A stretch of DNA of 64,000 bases from an uncultured virus (IMG/VR IMGVR_UViG_3300030060_003029) (IMGVR_UViG_3300030060_003029), one strand, 5' to 3'; positions 8,488-18,011 are shown, numbered from the stretch's first letter. Program-made: numbers and translations. Notes: generated from the sequence alone by a model not told the origin.

Positions 8488-9555
8488 ATGAAAGTTTTAA
8501 AAAAATACTCCAATGGTGGAGGTGTAGAAAAAGAAGAGAAAAATATCAATGTCAAAAGTAAAAGCAATGGCAATGGTAAAGGTAAAAGCAATGGAAATGG
8601 CAATGGTAAAGGTAAAAGCAATGGAAATGGCAATGGAAATGGCAATGGAAACGCTAAGAATAATGTTATAGTTAATAAAAATGGAAATAACAATGCTAAT
8701 GGCAAAAACAATGCTAATGAAAACTCTAATAAAAATGTCGTAGAAAATGCTAATAAGAATGTTAAAAAGAATGTTGTAGTAAATAATGAGGAGGTTGGTA
8801 CACAAAAGAAAAATGTTGTAGTAAGACCTTCTGAAAGAGGTCAATATCGTTCTAGTTGGGATGAGGAAAAAATTGCAAAAAGAGAATCAAGAGAACAAGA
8901 GAAGGCAGAAAAAAGAAGAGCTAATGAAGAAAGAAAATTTGCTTCAATGTCAGAAAAACAAAGAGAAAAATACGCTAGACAGCAGGCTAGAGGAGAAAGA
9001 AGAATTGAGAGACAACAGATGAGAGCTAATAGAAAGGAGCAAAGACACTTTAGGAAGACAATGAGAAGAAAAGCTAGACAAGAGGCTAGAGAAGCAAGAG
9101 GTTTAACTTATACTGGTGGGAGAGTAATATCTCCAAGAAGATGGTATAAAAATCTTAGAGACAAACTTGGGCTAAGAGTTAGACAAGGTTCAGGAAGATT
9201 AAGAGATTATGACCAGTTTAAAATTTATAATCCAAACCCAGCTAGCTATAGGTCTGAATCAGGAGAATCTTTAGATAGAGGAACTAGAGGTGGAAAAATA
9301 AGAAGTGGAAAAGGAAAATGGGAAGATGAAAGAGGAATGGTCACTAGATATAAAAAGGGTGGAAAAGTTCAAGATTTTAAACCTGGACAAGTGGGAACAT
9401 ATGGCCCAGCAGGAGATGCTGACCCAGATCAGTTAACATTTGGAGAGGCTTTCGCTGCTGCAAAAAGAGCAGGTGCTAAAAAGTTTAAGTGGAAAGGTAA
9501 AACATACACCACTGAAACTAAAGATGAGCAAAATAAAAAGAAAAAAAATAAATAA
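8488..9555 (+). CDS. Basic low-complexity protein (NG repeats, Arg-rich coil, TFGEAFAAAK...FKWKGKTYTT module)
   Basis: ORF in operon with A-rich leader; YSNGG and YKKGG motifs. Confidence 0.75.
   Translation: MKVLKKYSNGGGVEKEEKNINVKSKSNGNGKGKSNGNGNGKGKSNGNGNGNGNGNAKNNVIVNKNGNNNANGKNNANENSNKNVVENANKNVKKNVVVNNEEVGTQKKNVVVRPSERGQYRSSWDEEKIAKRESREQEKAEKRRANEERKFASMSEKQREKYARQQARGERRIERQQMRANRKEQRHFRKTMRRKARQEAREARGLTYTGGRVISPRRWYKNLRDKLGLRVRQGSGRLRDYDQFKIYNPNPASYRSESGESLDRGTRGGKIRSGKGKWEDERGMVTRYKKGGKVQDFKPGQVGTYGPAGDADPDQLTFGEAFAAAKRAGAKKFKWKGKTYTTETKDEQNKKKKNK
8559..8652 (+). repeat. Intragenic microrepeat encoding (NG)n / KGKSNGNG
   Basis: Repeated aatggc/aatgga/aaaggt hexamers. Confidence 0.85.
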
Positions 9556-9562
9556 TAGTAAA

Positions 9563-10633
9563 ATGAAAATTTTAAAAAAATACGAAAAAGGTGGAACTCC
9601 AAAGTATGACCAAGGTGGATTTACTTTAACAAAAGAAGATGTAAAAACACTAAGATCTAATATATTAGCAAACCAAGCTAATTTTAAAGACACTCCAATG
9701 TTTATTGGAGCTAACAGTAAATTTACATGGGATGATGTTACTCGTAGTGGTAATCTCAAAATAACTTTTAATGAAAAGGGACAGAAAGTATTAGTGTGGC
9801 GTGGTCAAAGCATGGTTATACCAGAAGGAAGTTCTCTAGATAAAAGTATTACCCCAACCATGACTGCTGATATGGAGAAAAAAATGGCAGATTATGAAAA
9901 AAGAAAAAACTTAGATAAAGAAGAAGTAGTTGAGGTTGGTCCAATAAAAGAAGGCAAAATTAAAGTTGATTCTAAAGGTAATCCTATAGAAGATAAAAAA
10001 GAAGAACCAGAGGAAGAAATAAAGGACGAAACAAAGGAAGAAACAGATGATAAAAAGGGAAGAAAGCAAACTCCATTGTCTATAAAGCCAGTTAAGGTTA
10101 CAACAATAGAGGATTTAGCCAAACCACCAACAAAACTTCCAGAAGAAGGAAGGCCAAAAGTTGAACCAACTAAAGCTCCAGAAAAAGAAGAAAGAAGAGA
10201 ATACATTCCTCAAACTCAAAGAAACGATGAAGAATATACCCCTCAGTCAATGAGGCCAATTAGTAGACCAAGCACTGAGAAAATGAAAAAGGGTGGTAAA
10301 GTTAAATTAAAAAAGAGAAAAGCTATGATGGGGATGATTGCTAAGATGGCAGGTGGAGCAGCAGGTGGTGGTGCAGGAGCAGCTATGGGTAAAATGAAGC
10401 ATGGTGGAGTTACTAAATATCAAAATGGAGGAAAGACTTCAAAGGATGGGCTAAAAAGTGCTATTGAAGCAGTGTATCAGAGACATTTCGATGTATCATT
10501 GGATGAGGATATGAATAATCCAATATTTAAAACAAGATACAATTATGCTAAAAGGATAGCTCAAAAGCAGTTGAGTAAGGGCCATAAGCATACTGAAAAA
10601 AATAAACCACGTAGAAAATTTGTTAAAAAATAA
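9563..10633 (+). CDS. Basic/acidic low-complexity protein with five GG motifs (start revised to MKILKKYEKGG)
   Basis: ATG at 9563 follows the previous stop with an A-rich leader; the N-terminus parallels MKVLKKYSNGG of the preceding gene. Confidence 0.75.
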   Translation: MKILKKYEKGGTPKYDQGGFTLTKEDVKTLRSNILANQANFKDTPMFIGANSKFTWDDVTRSGNLKITFNEKGQKVLVWRGQSMVIPEGSSLDKSITPTMTADMEKKMADYEKRKNLDKEEVVEVGPIKEGKIKVDSKGNPIEDKKEEPEEEIKDETKEETDDKKGRKQTPLSIKPVKVTTIEDLAKPPTKLPEEGRPKVEPTKAPEKEERREYIPQTQRNDEEYTPQSMRPISRPSTEKMKKGGKVKLKKRKAMMGMIAKMAGGAAGGGAGAAMGKMKHGGVTKYQNGGKTSKDGLKSAIEAVYQRHFDVSLDEDMNNPIFKTRYNYAKRIAQKQLSKGHKHTEKNKPRRKFVKK

Positions 10634-10636
10634 AAA

Positions 10637-10918
10637 ATGAAAGAACTATCAGAAGATTCTAAATTTCAAGTAAGTCTTAAGACTTTAGGTGGAATATCAG
10701 CTTTAATAGCCACGCTAGTAGGTATGTGGTTTACTTTACAGGCTGATATAGATGAGGCTAAACTTTTACCTGAGCCTCCTAAACCAGAGGTTACTCAAAT
10801 GGAGTTTAAAATGAAAGATGAATATATAAGAGCTTCAATTTTAAAAACAGAGGAGGATGTGAAAGAAATAAAAGATGACATTAAGTATCTTAGGGACAAG
10901 ATGGATAACATGAAATAA
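10637..10918 (+). CDS. Single-TM protein with C-terminal coiled coil
   Basis: Hydrophobic LGGISALIATLVGMWF segment then heptad pattern. Confidence 0.7.
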   Translation: MKELSEDSKFQVSLKTLGGISALIATLVGMWFTLQADIDEAKLLPEPPKPEVTQMEFKMKDEYIRASILKTEEDVKEIKDDIKYLRDKMDNMK

Positions 10919-10919
10919 T

Positions 10920-11312
10920 ATGAAATACTTAGATTTAAAATTATTAATACTTTTTATTGTTATTATTCTTTTTGGTATGAAAGCTAAATCTCAAGAGTTT
11001 TTAACTGCAGACAACTTTAAGGATAAAATAGCAAAAGACATAGTTGCTGTTGAATTTTGGGTTGAGTGGAATAAAACAAATGAGTTTTCTGAATTTGTAG
11101 AGCTTAATGATTGCGAGAAGTATAGAGTTGATATAGCTAAATATCCTGGTATACAGGAAGAGTATGGGGTTACCTCTATACCAACTGTTATTATATTTGA
11201 AAGTGGGGAAGAAAAAGATAGGTTTAAAGCAAATATAATGTTTGAATTAGAGGCAGATAAAAAAGAAGTACAAGCAAGTATAGACAATATAATGTTAGCA
11301 AAATTTAATTAA
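10920..11312 (+). CDS. Exported thioredoxin-fold protein lacking CxxC
   Basis: Signal peptide; VAVEFWVEWN and YGVTSIPTVIIFESGEE thioredoxin motifs. Confidence 0.8.
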   Translation: MKYLDLKLLILFIVIILFGMKAKSQEFLTADNFKDKIAKDIVAVEFWVEWNKTNEFSEFVELNDCEKYRVDIAKYPGIQEEYGVTSIPTVIIFESGEEKDRFKANIMFELEADKKEVQASIDNIMLAKFN

Positions 11313-11314
11313 TT

Positions 11315-11488
11315 ATGAATTGGATTAATTCTTGGAAAGCTGGAAATAAAAAAGAAAAATATGGTGTGTCTGTAAGGCTTGGCACTATAACTATATTTGA
11401 ATTAAAATATTGTCTTTGCAGTTCTTGTGATAAAACAAGTTGTGCAAAGTTTAGATTAATGGTATTAAACTTTGGAGTAGAGATTTAG
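11315..11488 (+). CDS. Small hypothetical protein, 57 aa (MNWINSWKAGNKK...), not in ORF track
   Basis: Exactly fills the gap between neighbouring genes; AATTATG start context. Confidence 0.75.
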   Translation: MNWINSWKAGNKKEKYGVSVRLGTITIFELKYCLCSSCDKTSCAKFRLMVLNFGVEI

Positions 11489-11491
11489 AAT

Positions 11492-13546
11492 ATGGCAACA
11501 TTAAGTGGACAAACAATAGCTAATAGATATACTAGTTTATTAAAAACTGCTAGTGACTCTACTCTTTCAGCAACACTAACTGCTGTTGAAGATGGAGCTG
11601 GGAATGATAGTGATTTATCTATAGCTACAAATAAGGTAAAGGTTGCAACCACTCTTGGTATAGGTGTAACCCCTGCTGTTGGTAAATTACAAATAAACGC
11701 AGGATCAAGTCAAGCCATTACTGTAGATAATGGCAACGCATCGTTTTTAGTTGGTAAGGGAGGTCAATATGCTTTTTGCATAGGAGACTGTAATCCAGTT
11801 GCTACAGTGGGTGGTGGTACATCTAGCACTTCTGTTCAGGCAAATGAAAACTACATATCTAGTAATCCTGCAGCAAACTCTAACTCAGGAGCTGTGCTTA
11901 TAATGAATGGTGCATCAGCAGGATCAGGTGCAATAGGTATAGGTCAAGATACTGTTTCTACTGGTTTTATACATTTTGGAGATGCTGATAAAAAGTTTAA
12001 ATTTGAATCAAGAAATCTTGCTCAAGCGTTTGACATACATGCAAATTCTGAAACTCTATTTTCTGTTAATGGTTCAAATAAAAGAATAGGTATAGGAGAA
12101 AATGTAACAGACCCAAGCAGCACTGTAGAAATAAGAGAAACAGGAACTGCTAAATTAAATACAGATATATTATCAATAACCAACAAATCTAATGCTGCTG
12201 ACATGGATGGAACAACAGGTAGCATTTTGTTTAATCAGTATTATTACGATGCTTCTACTCCTGCAGTAGAAACAGCAGCTAGAATATCTGCAGGTACTGA
12301 ATCAGATTGGACTTCTAGCTCCTCAACTAGAGATGCTTATTTGTCTTTTAGCACGACTGAAAATGGTGCAGATCCATCAGAAAGAATGAGAATAACTAGT
12401 AATGGTTATGTTGGAATTGGCAATACCTCTCCAACATCTCCACTATATGTCACTGGTGATATAACATGCACAGGTAGTATAACTGCAGCAAATGTAATTT
12501 CTCCATCAGATAAATATAAGCTAGAAGAATACTTCTATCAAAAACCAGGTATAAATGCTGATTTAGCAAACACATCTGAGGCAACTAGGGTAATTGCTAA
12601 TAGAAATTTTGAAATACAAGGTGATGGTAATACATCTGCTTTATGTACTTTTGATTCACAAAGAACTGGTATATTATTAACAACTGACACTACAGATAAT
12701 GATGAGATGTTTATAATGCCACATACTGACTCCAATCAATCAGCTTGGTATAATATAGGGTGGGGTACAGATGACGAAGTTGTTTGGGAATGTGCTGTAA
12801 CTCTACATGGCACTGCAGCAACTGCTAAAAATACTGTAAGGTATGTAGTAGGTTTAGGTGGTGATGCTGCTATGGATGGTCATGATTCATCTTATTTAGA
12901 TGCAGAACATAATCATTCACAGTTTGTGGATGGTGCTTATTTTTATTACGATTCAGATAATTCTGCTGCAACTGACATGTTGCGATACCAAAGCACAACA
13001 ACTACATGGCATTTTGTTTATAATGTTAATGGAACTGACTATGTCACTAATTTAGGAGTGTTAGTAACTGAAGGTAATACTTATAAATTTAAAATTGAAA
13101 TAGCATCTGACAGAACAGTTAAGGCTTATATAAATGGTGTTCAATATGGCTTAACCACTATATCAGGTGTTGGTGATACTGGCATTAACACTAATGGAGC
13201 AGTCTCTTTATCTAGTGGTGGTTCGCATGTTATAACCACAACTTCAGACGCTACAACTCAAATAGTTGTGGGTGATATCATAACAAACAGTACAGGTGTT
13301 GCTTGGGGTACAGTAACTGCTGTAACTTCTGCAACAAGCATAACTATAACTGCAGCAGCAACAAAGTCTTTTCCTGATGCTTCTGATATTTATATCTATG
13401 GTAGGGTAGCAGCAACAACAACAACTTCAGGTTCAGCATTACATACTGGTAGACATTTTGTGCCACAAATAGGTGTAACAACAAGAACTGGTGCAGCCAG
13501 ATACCTAACAGTTCATTATCAAAAAATAAATAGAAATTTAGTATAG
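11492..13546 (+). CDS. Tail fibre / receptor-binding protein
   Basis: ERMRITSNGYVGIGNTSPTSPLYVTGDI and RIGIG fibre repeats; lectin-like C-terminal half. Confidence 0.8.
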   Translation: MATLSGQTIANRYTSLLKTASDSTLSATLTAVEDGAGNDSDLSIATNKVKVATTLGIGVTPAVGKLQINAGSSQAITVDNGNASFLVGKGGQYAFCIGDCNPVATVGGGTSSTSVQANENYISSNPAANSNSGAVLIMNGASAGSGAIGIGQDTVSTGFIHFGDADKKFKFESRNLAQAFDIHANSETLFSVNGSNKRIGIGENVTDPSSTVEIRETGTAKLNTDILSITNKSNAADMDGTTGSILFNQYYYDASTPAVETAARISAGTESDWTSSSSTRDAYLSFSTTENGADPSERMRITSNGYVGIGNTSPTSPLYVTGDITCTGSITAANVISPSDKYKLEEYFYQKPGINADLANTSEATRVIANRNFEIQGDGNTSALCTFDSQRTGILLTTDTTDNDEMFIMPHTDSNQSAWYNIGWGTDDEVVWECAVTLHGTAATAKNTVRYVVGLGGDAAMDGHDSSYLDAEHNHSQFVDGAYFYYDSDNSAATDMLRYQSTTTTWHFVYNVNGTDYVTNLGVLVTEGNTYKFKIEIASDRTVKAYINGVQYGLTTISGVGDTGINTNGAVSLSSGGSHVITTTSDATTQIVVGDIITNSTGVAWGTVTAVTSATSITITAAATKSFPDASDIYIYGRVAATTTTSGSALHTGRHFVPQIGVTTRTGAARYLTVHYQKINRNLV

Positions 13547-13555
13547 ATTAGTATT

Positions 13556-13993
13556 ATGGCAACATTAACAACAACAATAAAAGAGGATATATCACTTCAT
13601 GGAAATAAATATGGTGGAATTAAAACACTGTCTTTTACAGGTATAAATGAAGTTTTTTCTAGAGTTGTCACTGTAACAGCTACAGAAACAACCTTGATTG
13701 GTTTTGGAACAAACTGGGGGAGTGGAACTATATCTAGAACTTCTGTTAGATACTTAAGGATAACAAATTTAGATGGAGATCAGGCTGTGATGTTAAATGT
13801 AGAGGGGGATAACGCAACTGACTTTACTGTAAGGGTGGATCCTGGTGCTAGCTATATAATAGCTGCTACTGCTGCAACTGGTGTTGATGACTATGCTGAT
13901 ATAAGTGGTCAAACCTTAGAGGGGTTATCTGGAATAAAAGCTGATTCTGTTTCAGGCTCTATAGATTTAGAACTTTTTGTTGCTAGTATATAA
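13556..13993 (+). CDS. Putative virion structural protein
   Basis: MATLTTTIKE... / VRYLRITNLD / DLELFVAS pattern; follows the fibre gene. Confidence 0.6.
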   Translation: MATLTTTIKEDISLHGNKYGGIKTLSFTGINEVFSRVVTVTATETTLIGFGTNWGSGTISRTSVRYLRITNLDGDQAVMLNVEGDNATDFTVRVDPGASYIIAATAATGVDDYADISGQTLEGLSGIKADSVSGSIDLELFVASI

Positions 13994-14017
13994 CTCTGTT
14001 CATAACTTTTAAATTAG

Positions 14018-14043
14018 GGCTACTTTTTGTAGCCTTTTTTTTT
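14018..14043 (+). terminator. Rho-independent terminator
   Basis: GGCTAC-TTTTT-GTAGCC followed by T9. Confidence 0.85.
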
Positions 14044-14044
14044 G

Positions 14045-14052
14045 TATATTTA
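14045..14052 (+). promoter_or_regulatory. -7 promoter element variant TATATTTA
   Basis: Immediately after the terminator, 21 nt upstream of ATG 14074. Confidence 0.6.
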
Positions 14053-14073
14053 TAGAAATTTAATTTAATACAT

Positions 14074-14469
14074 ATGACAACAGAAGACTTAATAGTTAAG
14101 GTCACTAATGAAATGAAAGACCTTCTAATCGAAAAAAACAGGGCATATGGAGACAGTGCCACCAACCCATCAAACGTATTTTCAAAAGGATCGCCAATAG
14201 AATCATTATGTGCACGTATAGATGATAAATTAATGCGTATACAAAACAAGGGTATTAACGATAAAACAGAAGATACTGTTTCAGATTTAATAGGATACCT
14301 TATTCTTTTAAAGGTGGCCATACATAAAGAAAAGAATGATGAGTATGAAAACGATAAACAAGTAATAGATAATGGTGGGTATGTTAATATAAATGGAAAG
14401 CCTATACAAGATCAAGAACAGTTAAAAGTTCATTACCAAATTTATGATGACATTGAACAAGAGGATTAA
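14074..14469 (+). CDS. Nucleotide-modification-associated domain 1 (DUF1599-like) protein
   Basis: KNRAYGDS...RIDDKLMRI...EDTVSDLIGYLIL. Confidence 0.8.
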   Translation: MTTEDLIVKVTNEMKDLLIEKNRAYGDSATNPSNVFSKGSPIESLCARIDDKLMRIQNKGINDKTEDTVSDLIGYLILLKVAIHKEKNDEYENDKQVIDNGGYVNINGKPIQDQEQLKVHYQIYDDIEQED

Positions 14470-14752
14470 AAAAATATTAAAAGAATTGGATTCTTTAAAG
14501 AATGACCATGGTGTAAGATTTGCCTTTTCTTATATAGAGATGGGTAAGTCATTAAATGATTTAAATGGAGATGTTGTTCATAATATAAAAGATGATTTAG
14601 CGTCAGAAACATTAATGGTTATAATAGAAAGTAAATTGTTTGAGTCTCCACACGATGATATTGAAATAGAAAAAATGCAAGAAGAAAGAGAAGTTGCAGC
14701 AAAATTGCATATGTTTAATTTATTTAATAAGAATAAAAAATTTGAAGCGTAA
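14444..14752 (+). CDS. Hypothetical protein
   Basis: Tightly packed ORF with TAATG coupling to the next gene. Confidence 0.7.
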   Translation: MMTLNKRIKKILKELDSLKNDHGVRFAFSYIEMGKSLNDLNGDVVHNIKDDLASETLMVIIESKLFESPHDDIEIEKMQEEREVAAKLHMFNLFNKNKKFEA

Positions 14753-15015
14753 TGGAGGGAATTATAAGAAAAATAACAGTAGGTGATATAAAGGATGGAA
14801 TAACCTATGTAGTTGGTCAACCTATAATGAGAGGTAAGGCCAAGATAACAGCTATAGTACAGGATGATATGTATTTCTACAAATACAATATGTTAAAGTT
14901 TAATATATATATAAAAATGGAAGACGAGGAAGACTCTGAAATATGGAAGTCTTTTTTTAAAATAACAGGTGTAGAATACAATTTAGACTATAAAGAAGAA
15001 TATCAAGTTAATTAA
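14752..15015 (+). CDS. Conserved hypothetical protein upstream of GroES-like gene
   Basis: IIRKITVG...YVVGQ motif, which I recall from Bacteroidota phages at this position. Confidence 0.65.
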   Translation: MEGIIRKITVGDIKDGITYVVGQPIMRGKAKITAIVQDDMYFYKYNMLKFNIYIKMEDEEDSEIWKSFFKITGVEYNLDYKEEYQVN

Positions 15016-15016
15016 T

Positions 15017-15667
15017 ATGAGAATACCAAAAAATTATTTTTTAGTTCAAGTAGAGAAACCTTATGACGATACCATTGAGTTTAATGGTAGAGAAATAATG
15101 TTAGATATTAAATTTGACCCATATAAATTTGCTAGACAATATGGTATTGTTTACGAAAAACCAGGGTGGTTGCCAGAGGGGTTAGATTTTGATGTTGAAA
15201 AAGGTGACAAAATATATTTTCACCATCTTGTAACTGCAGCTAAGTCAGGCGTTACTATAGATAAAAAGTTTGAGGATGAGTCTGGTCAACAACATAAGAG
15301 TCAAAATCTTGTAGAATGGGTTGATGATGAAAATGTATATAAAGTTCACTGGCAACAAATATATGCTAGGGTTAGAGATGGGGAGTTGAAAATGCTTCAT
15401 CATTGGAATTTTGTAAAACAAAAAACAGAAGATGAAGATAGTATAAAAACTAAATCTGGAATATTTATAAAGCCTGAAGTTGAAGACATAACCCTACATG
15501 GAAATATAGTCCACATGAATGATTGGTTAAAAGACCAGGGGGTTAATATAGGTGATGAAGTTATCTTTTCAGAAAACTCAGAATACGACATGAAAATAGA
15601 AGGTAAAACACTTCTTAGAATGAGAAATGAAGACATATTAGCATTATACAATAATGAAGGAAAGTAA
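15017..15667 (+). CDS. GroES-like co-chaperonin (two tandem GroES-like domains)
   Basis: KTKSGIFI, VNIGDEVIFSE, LLRMRNEDILA, plus an N-terminal VEKGDKIYF repeat. Confidence 0.8.
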   Translation: MRIPKNYFLVQVEKPYDDTIEFNGREIMLDIKFDPYKFARQYGIVYEKPGWLPEGLDFDVEKGDKIYFHHLVTAAKSGVTIDKKFEDESGQQHKSQNLVEWVDDENVYKVHWQQIYARVRDGELKMLHHWNFVKQKTEDEDSIKTKSGIFIKPEVEDITLHGNIVHMNDWLKDQGVNIGDEVIFSENSEYDMKIEGKTLLRMRNEDILALYNNEGK

Positions 15668-15938
15668 TAAATCTTATGTTCAAAGAACTCTGCAAGACCT
15701 TATAGACTCTTCTAAGGAGGCTGTTGCTATACTTATAAATGATATAAAAACACCATTAGATCCTGACTTGTCTGATGAAAAAAGAAGAAACGCTATTAAA
15801 GCTAAAAAAGAGTGTTTTATAGATGCTCAAGAAATACTTATAGGAATATCAAAGTTAGAGACACAAATAACAGAGGGAGAGTTTAAAGAAGAAAAAGATT
15901 TTGAAAAGGGGTTGGCAGAGAAATTTGCAAAGAGATAA
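15654..15938 (+). CDS. Probable terminase small subunit or packaging accessory protein
   Basis: Helical 94-aa protein directly upstream of TerL; positional inference. Confidence 0.45.
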   Translation: MKESNKSYVQRTLQDLIDSSKEAVAILINDIKTPLDPDLSDEKRRNAIKAKKECFIDAQEILIGISKLETQITEGEFKEEKDFEKGLAEKFAKR

Positions 15939-15941
15939 TAT

Positions 15942-18011
15942 ATGTCTGCTCCAATAATATTAAATCCACTAAGCAAAGGTAAGGTAATTGATATTCAAGG
16001 GTTAAAGATACAGTTACCTAAACAACCATCTAAGTCGTTGATTCTATATTCTGATAAACCTAAGAAAGATCAAAGGTGGGTTAGAGAAGAAATGCCTAAG
16101 AGTCTTACAAGAGAAAATGCAGCAGATTACTATGAGTATATAGAACAAGAGTTCAAAAGAAGAAGGGATGGTGTTTGGTTTATGAACAATGGTCACCCAA
16201 CCTACATTACAGGTAGTCATTATATGTTTATACAATGGTCAAATATAGACGTTGGTTACCCTGACTATAGAGACGCTAATAGAAAGTTTTTTTTATTTTG
16301 GCAAGCCTGTAAAATAGATCCCAATTGTATGGGTATGTGTTTCTTAAAGAACAGGCGTTCTGGCTTCTCTTATATGGCTAGTGCTGAAATGGTTAATCAA
16401 GCTACTCAAACATATGAATCTAATTTTGGTTTATTATCTAAGACAGGTTCTGATGCTAAGACTATGTTTACAGATAAAGTTGTTAGAATATATAGAAGGT
16501 ACCCATTCTTCTTTCAACCAATACAGGATGGTTCAAGTAATCCAAGAGTAGAGTTAGCCTTTAGAGAGCCAGCTAAAAAGATAACAAAAAAAAATAAACA
16601 TATACAACAATCAGAAGCTCTTAATAGTGTTATAGATTGGAGAAACACAGCAGACAATAGTTATGATGGTATGAAACTTAAATTACTTGTTCATGATGAG
16701 GCAGGAAAATGGACTGGCTCAACATCAATTGCTAAAAACTGGTCTGTTACACAAACGTGTTTGCTTCTTGGTAGAAAAATTGTAGGTAAATGTATGATGG
16801 GTTCTACTGCCAATAAACTAGAAGATGGTGGTTTAGAGTACAAAAACTTATATTACGACTCTGATGTAACAGACAAAGATTTAAACAGAAGAACTAAATC
16901 AGGTTTATATTCTTTATTTATACCATCTTATGAAAACCTAGAGGGTTTTATTGATGAGTATGGTTTCTCTATTGTTGATACACCCAAAAAACCAGTTATG
17001 GGAATGGATGATGTTAACATAGATATTGGAGCAAAAGATTATATAAAGAACAGAAGAGATGGTTTAAAAAATAATACTGCTGAATTATCAGAGTTTAAAA
17101 GACAGTTTCCCTTTACATCTGAAGAAGCTTTTAGGAATGATTCCATGTCTAGCGTATTTGATGTAGAGAAAATATATCAACAAATGGACTATAATGAAGT
17201 TGTTGAAAACTTAACAACTAGGGGTGATTTTATATGGAAAAATGGTATTCAAGACAGCGAAGTTATATGGATACCAAATAGCAAAGGTAAGTGGGAGGTG
17301 TGCTGGTTTCCTGATAAAGGTAGGCAAAATTCTATACAATTAAAACACACAAAAAAAACACCAGGAAATTCTCAATTCTTAGTTGCTGGATGTGACCCAT
17401 ATGACCATGATACAACAACAGATGGAAGAAGGTCAAATGCATCATGTCATATATATCATAAGTTTACCATGGATGAAAATTCTCCATGCGAACAATTTGT
17501 TTGCGAATATATAAACAGGCCACCAAAGGCAGATATATTTTATGAAGACATGATTAAGCAATGTGTTTTTTATGGTTGCCCAATACTTGTTGAAAATAAT
17601 AAAATAGGTATAATAAAATACTTTGAAAGAAGGGGTTATTATGAATACTTAATGGATAGACCTGAATCCACTCACACAGACTTTAGTAAAAAACAAAAAA
17701 CAAAAGGTATCCCTGGTTCTGGTATAGCTGTTATCAACGCCCAAGCTGAGGCTGTAGCTACTTATATTTATGACCACGTAGGCATAAAACCAGGGACTGA
17801 AGAAATGGGTAAATGTTATTTTAATAGGCTTTTAGATGATTGGAGTAGATTTGATATAGGTAACAGAACTAAGTTTGATGCAACAATTAGTTCTAGTTTA
17901 GCATTATTGGCATCACAAAAATTCGTCTCAATTAAGGAAGAATCGCCAAAATTTGTTAAATTTGTAAAAACTTATAATAATAAGGGGGTCTTATCTCAAA
18001 AAATACGATAA
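15942..18011 (+). CDS. terL: Terminase large subunit
   Basis: Walker A-like LKNRRSGFS, Walker B LLVHDEAGKW, coupling motif GST, nuclease AGCDPYD and KFDATIS. Confidence 0.95.
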   Translation: MSAPIILNPLSKGKVIDIQGLKIQLPKQPSKSLILYSDKPKKDQRWVREEMPKSLTRENAADYYEYIEQEFKRRRDGVWFMNNGHPTYITGSHYMFIQWSNIDVGYPDYRDANRKFFLFWQACKIDPNCMGMCFLKNRRSGFSYMASAEMVNQATQTYESNFGLLSKTGSDAKTMFTDKVVRIYRRYPFFFQPIQDGSSNPRVELAFREPAKKITKKNKHIQQSEALNSVIDWRNTADNSYDGMKLKLLVHDEAGKWTGSTSIAKNWSVTQTCLLLGRKIVGKCMMGSTANKLEDGGLEYKNLYYDSDVTDKDLNRRTKSGLYSLFIPSYENLEGFIDEYGFSIVDTPKKPVMGMDDVNIDIGAKDYIKNRRDGLKNNTAELSEFKRQFPFTSEEAFRNDSMSSVFDVEKIYQQMDYNEVVENLTTRGDFIWKNGIQDSEVIWIPNSKGKWEVCWFPDKGRQNSIQLKHTKKTPGNSQFLVAGCDPYDHDTTTDGRRSNASCHIYHKFTMDENSPCEQFVCEYINRPPKADIFYEDMIKQCVFYGCPILVENNKIGIIKYFERRGYYEYLMDRPESTHTDFSKKQKTKGIPGSGIAVINAQAEAVATYIYDHVGIKPGTEEMGKCYFNRLLDDWSRFDIGNRTKFDATISSSLALLASQKFVSIKEESPKFVKFVKTYNNKGVLSQKIR

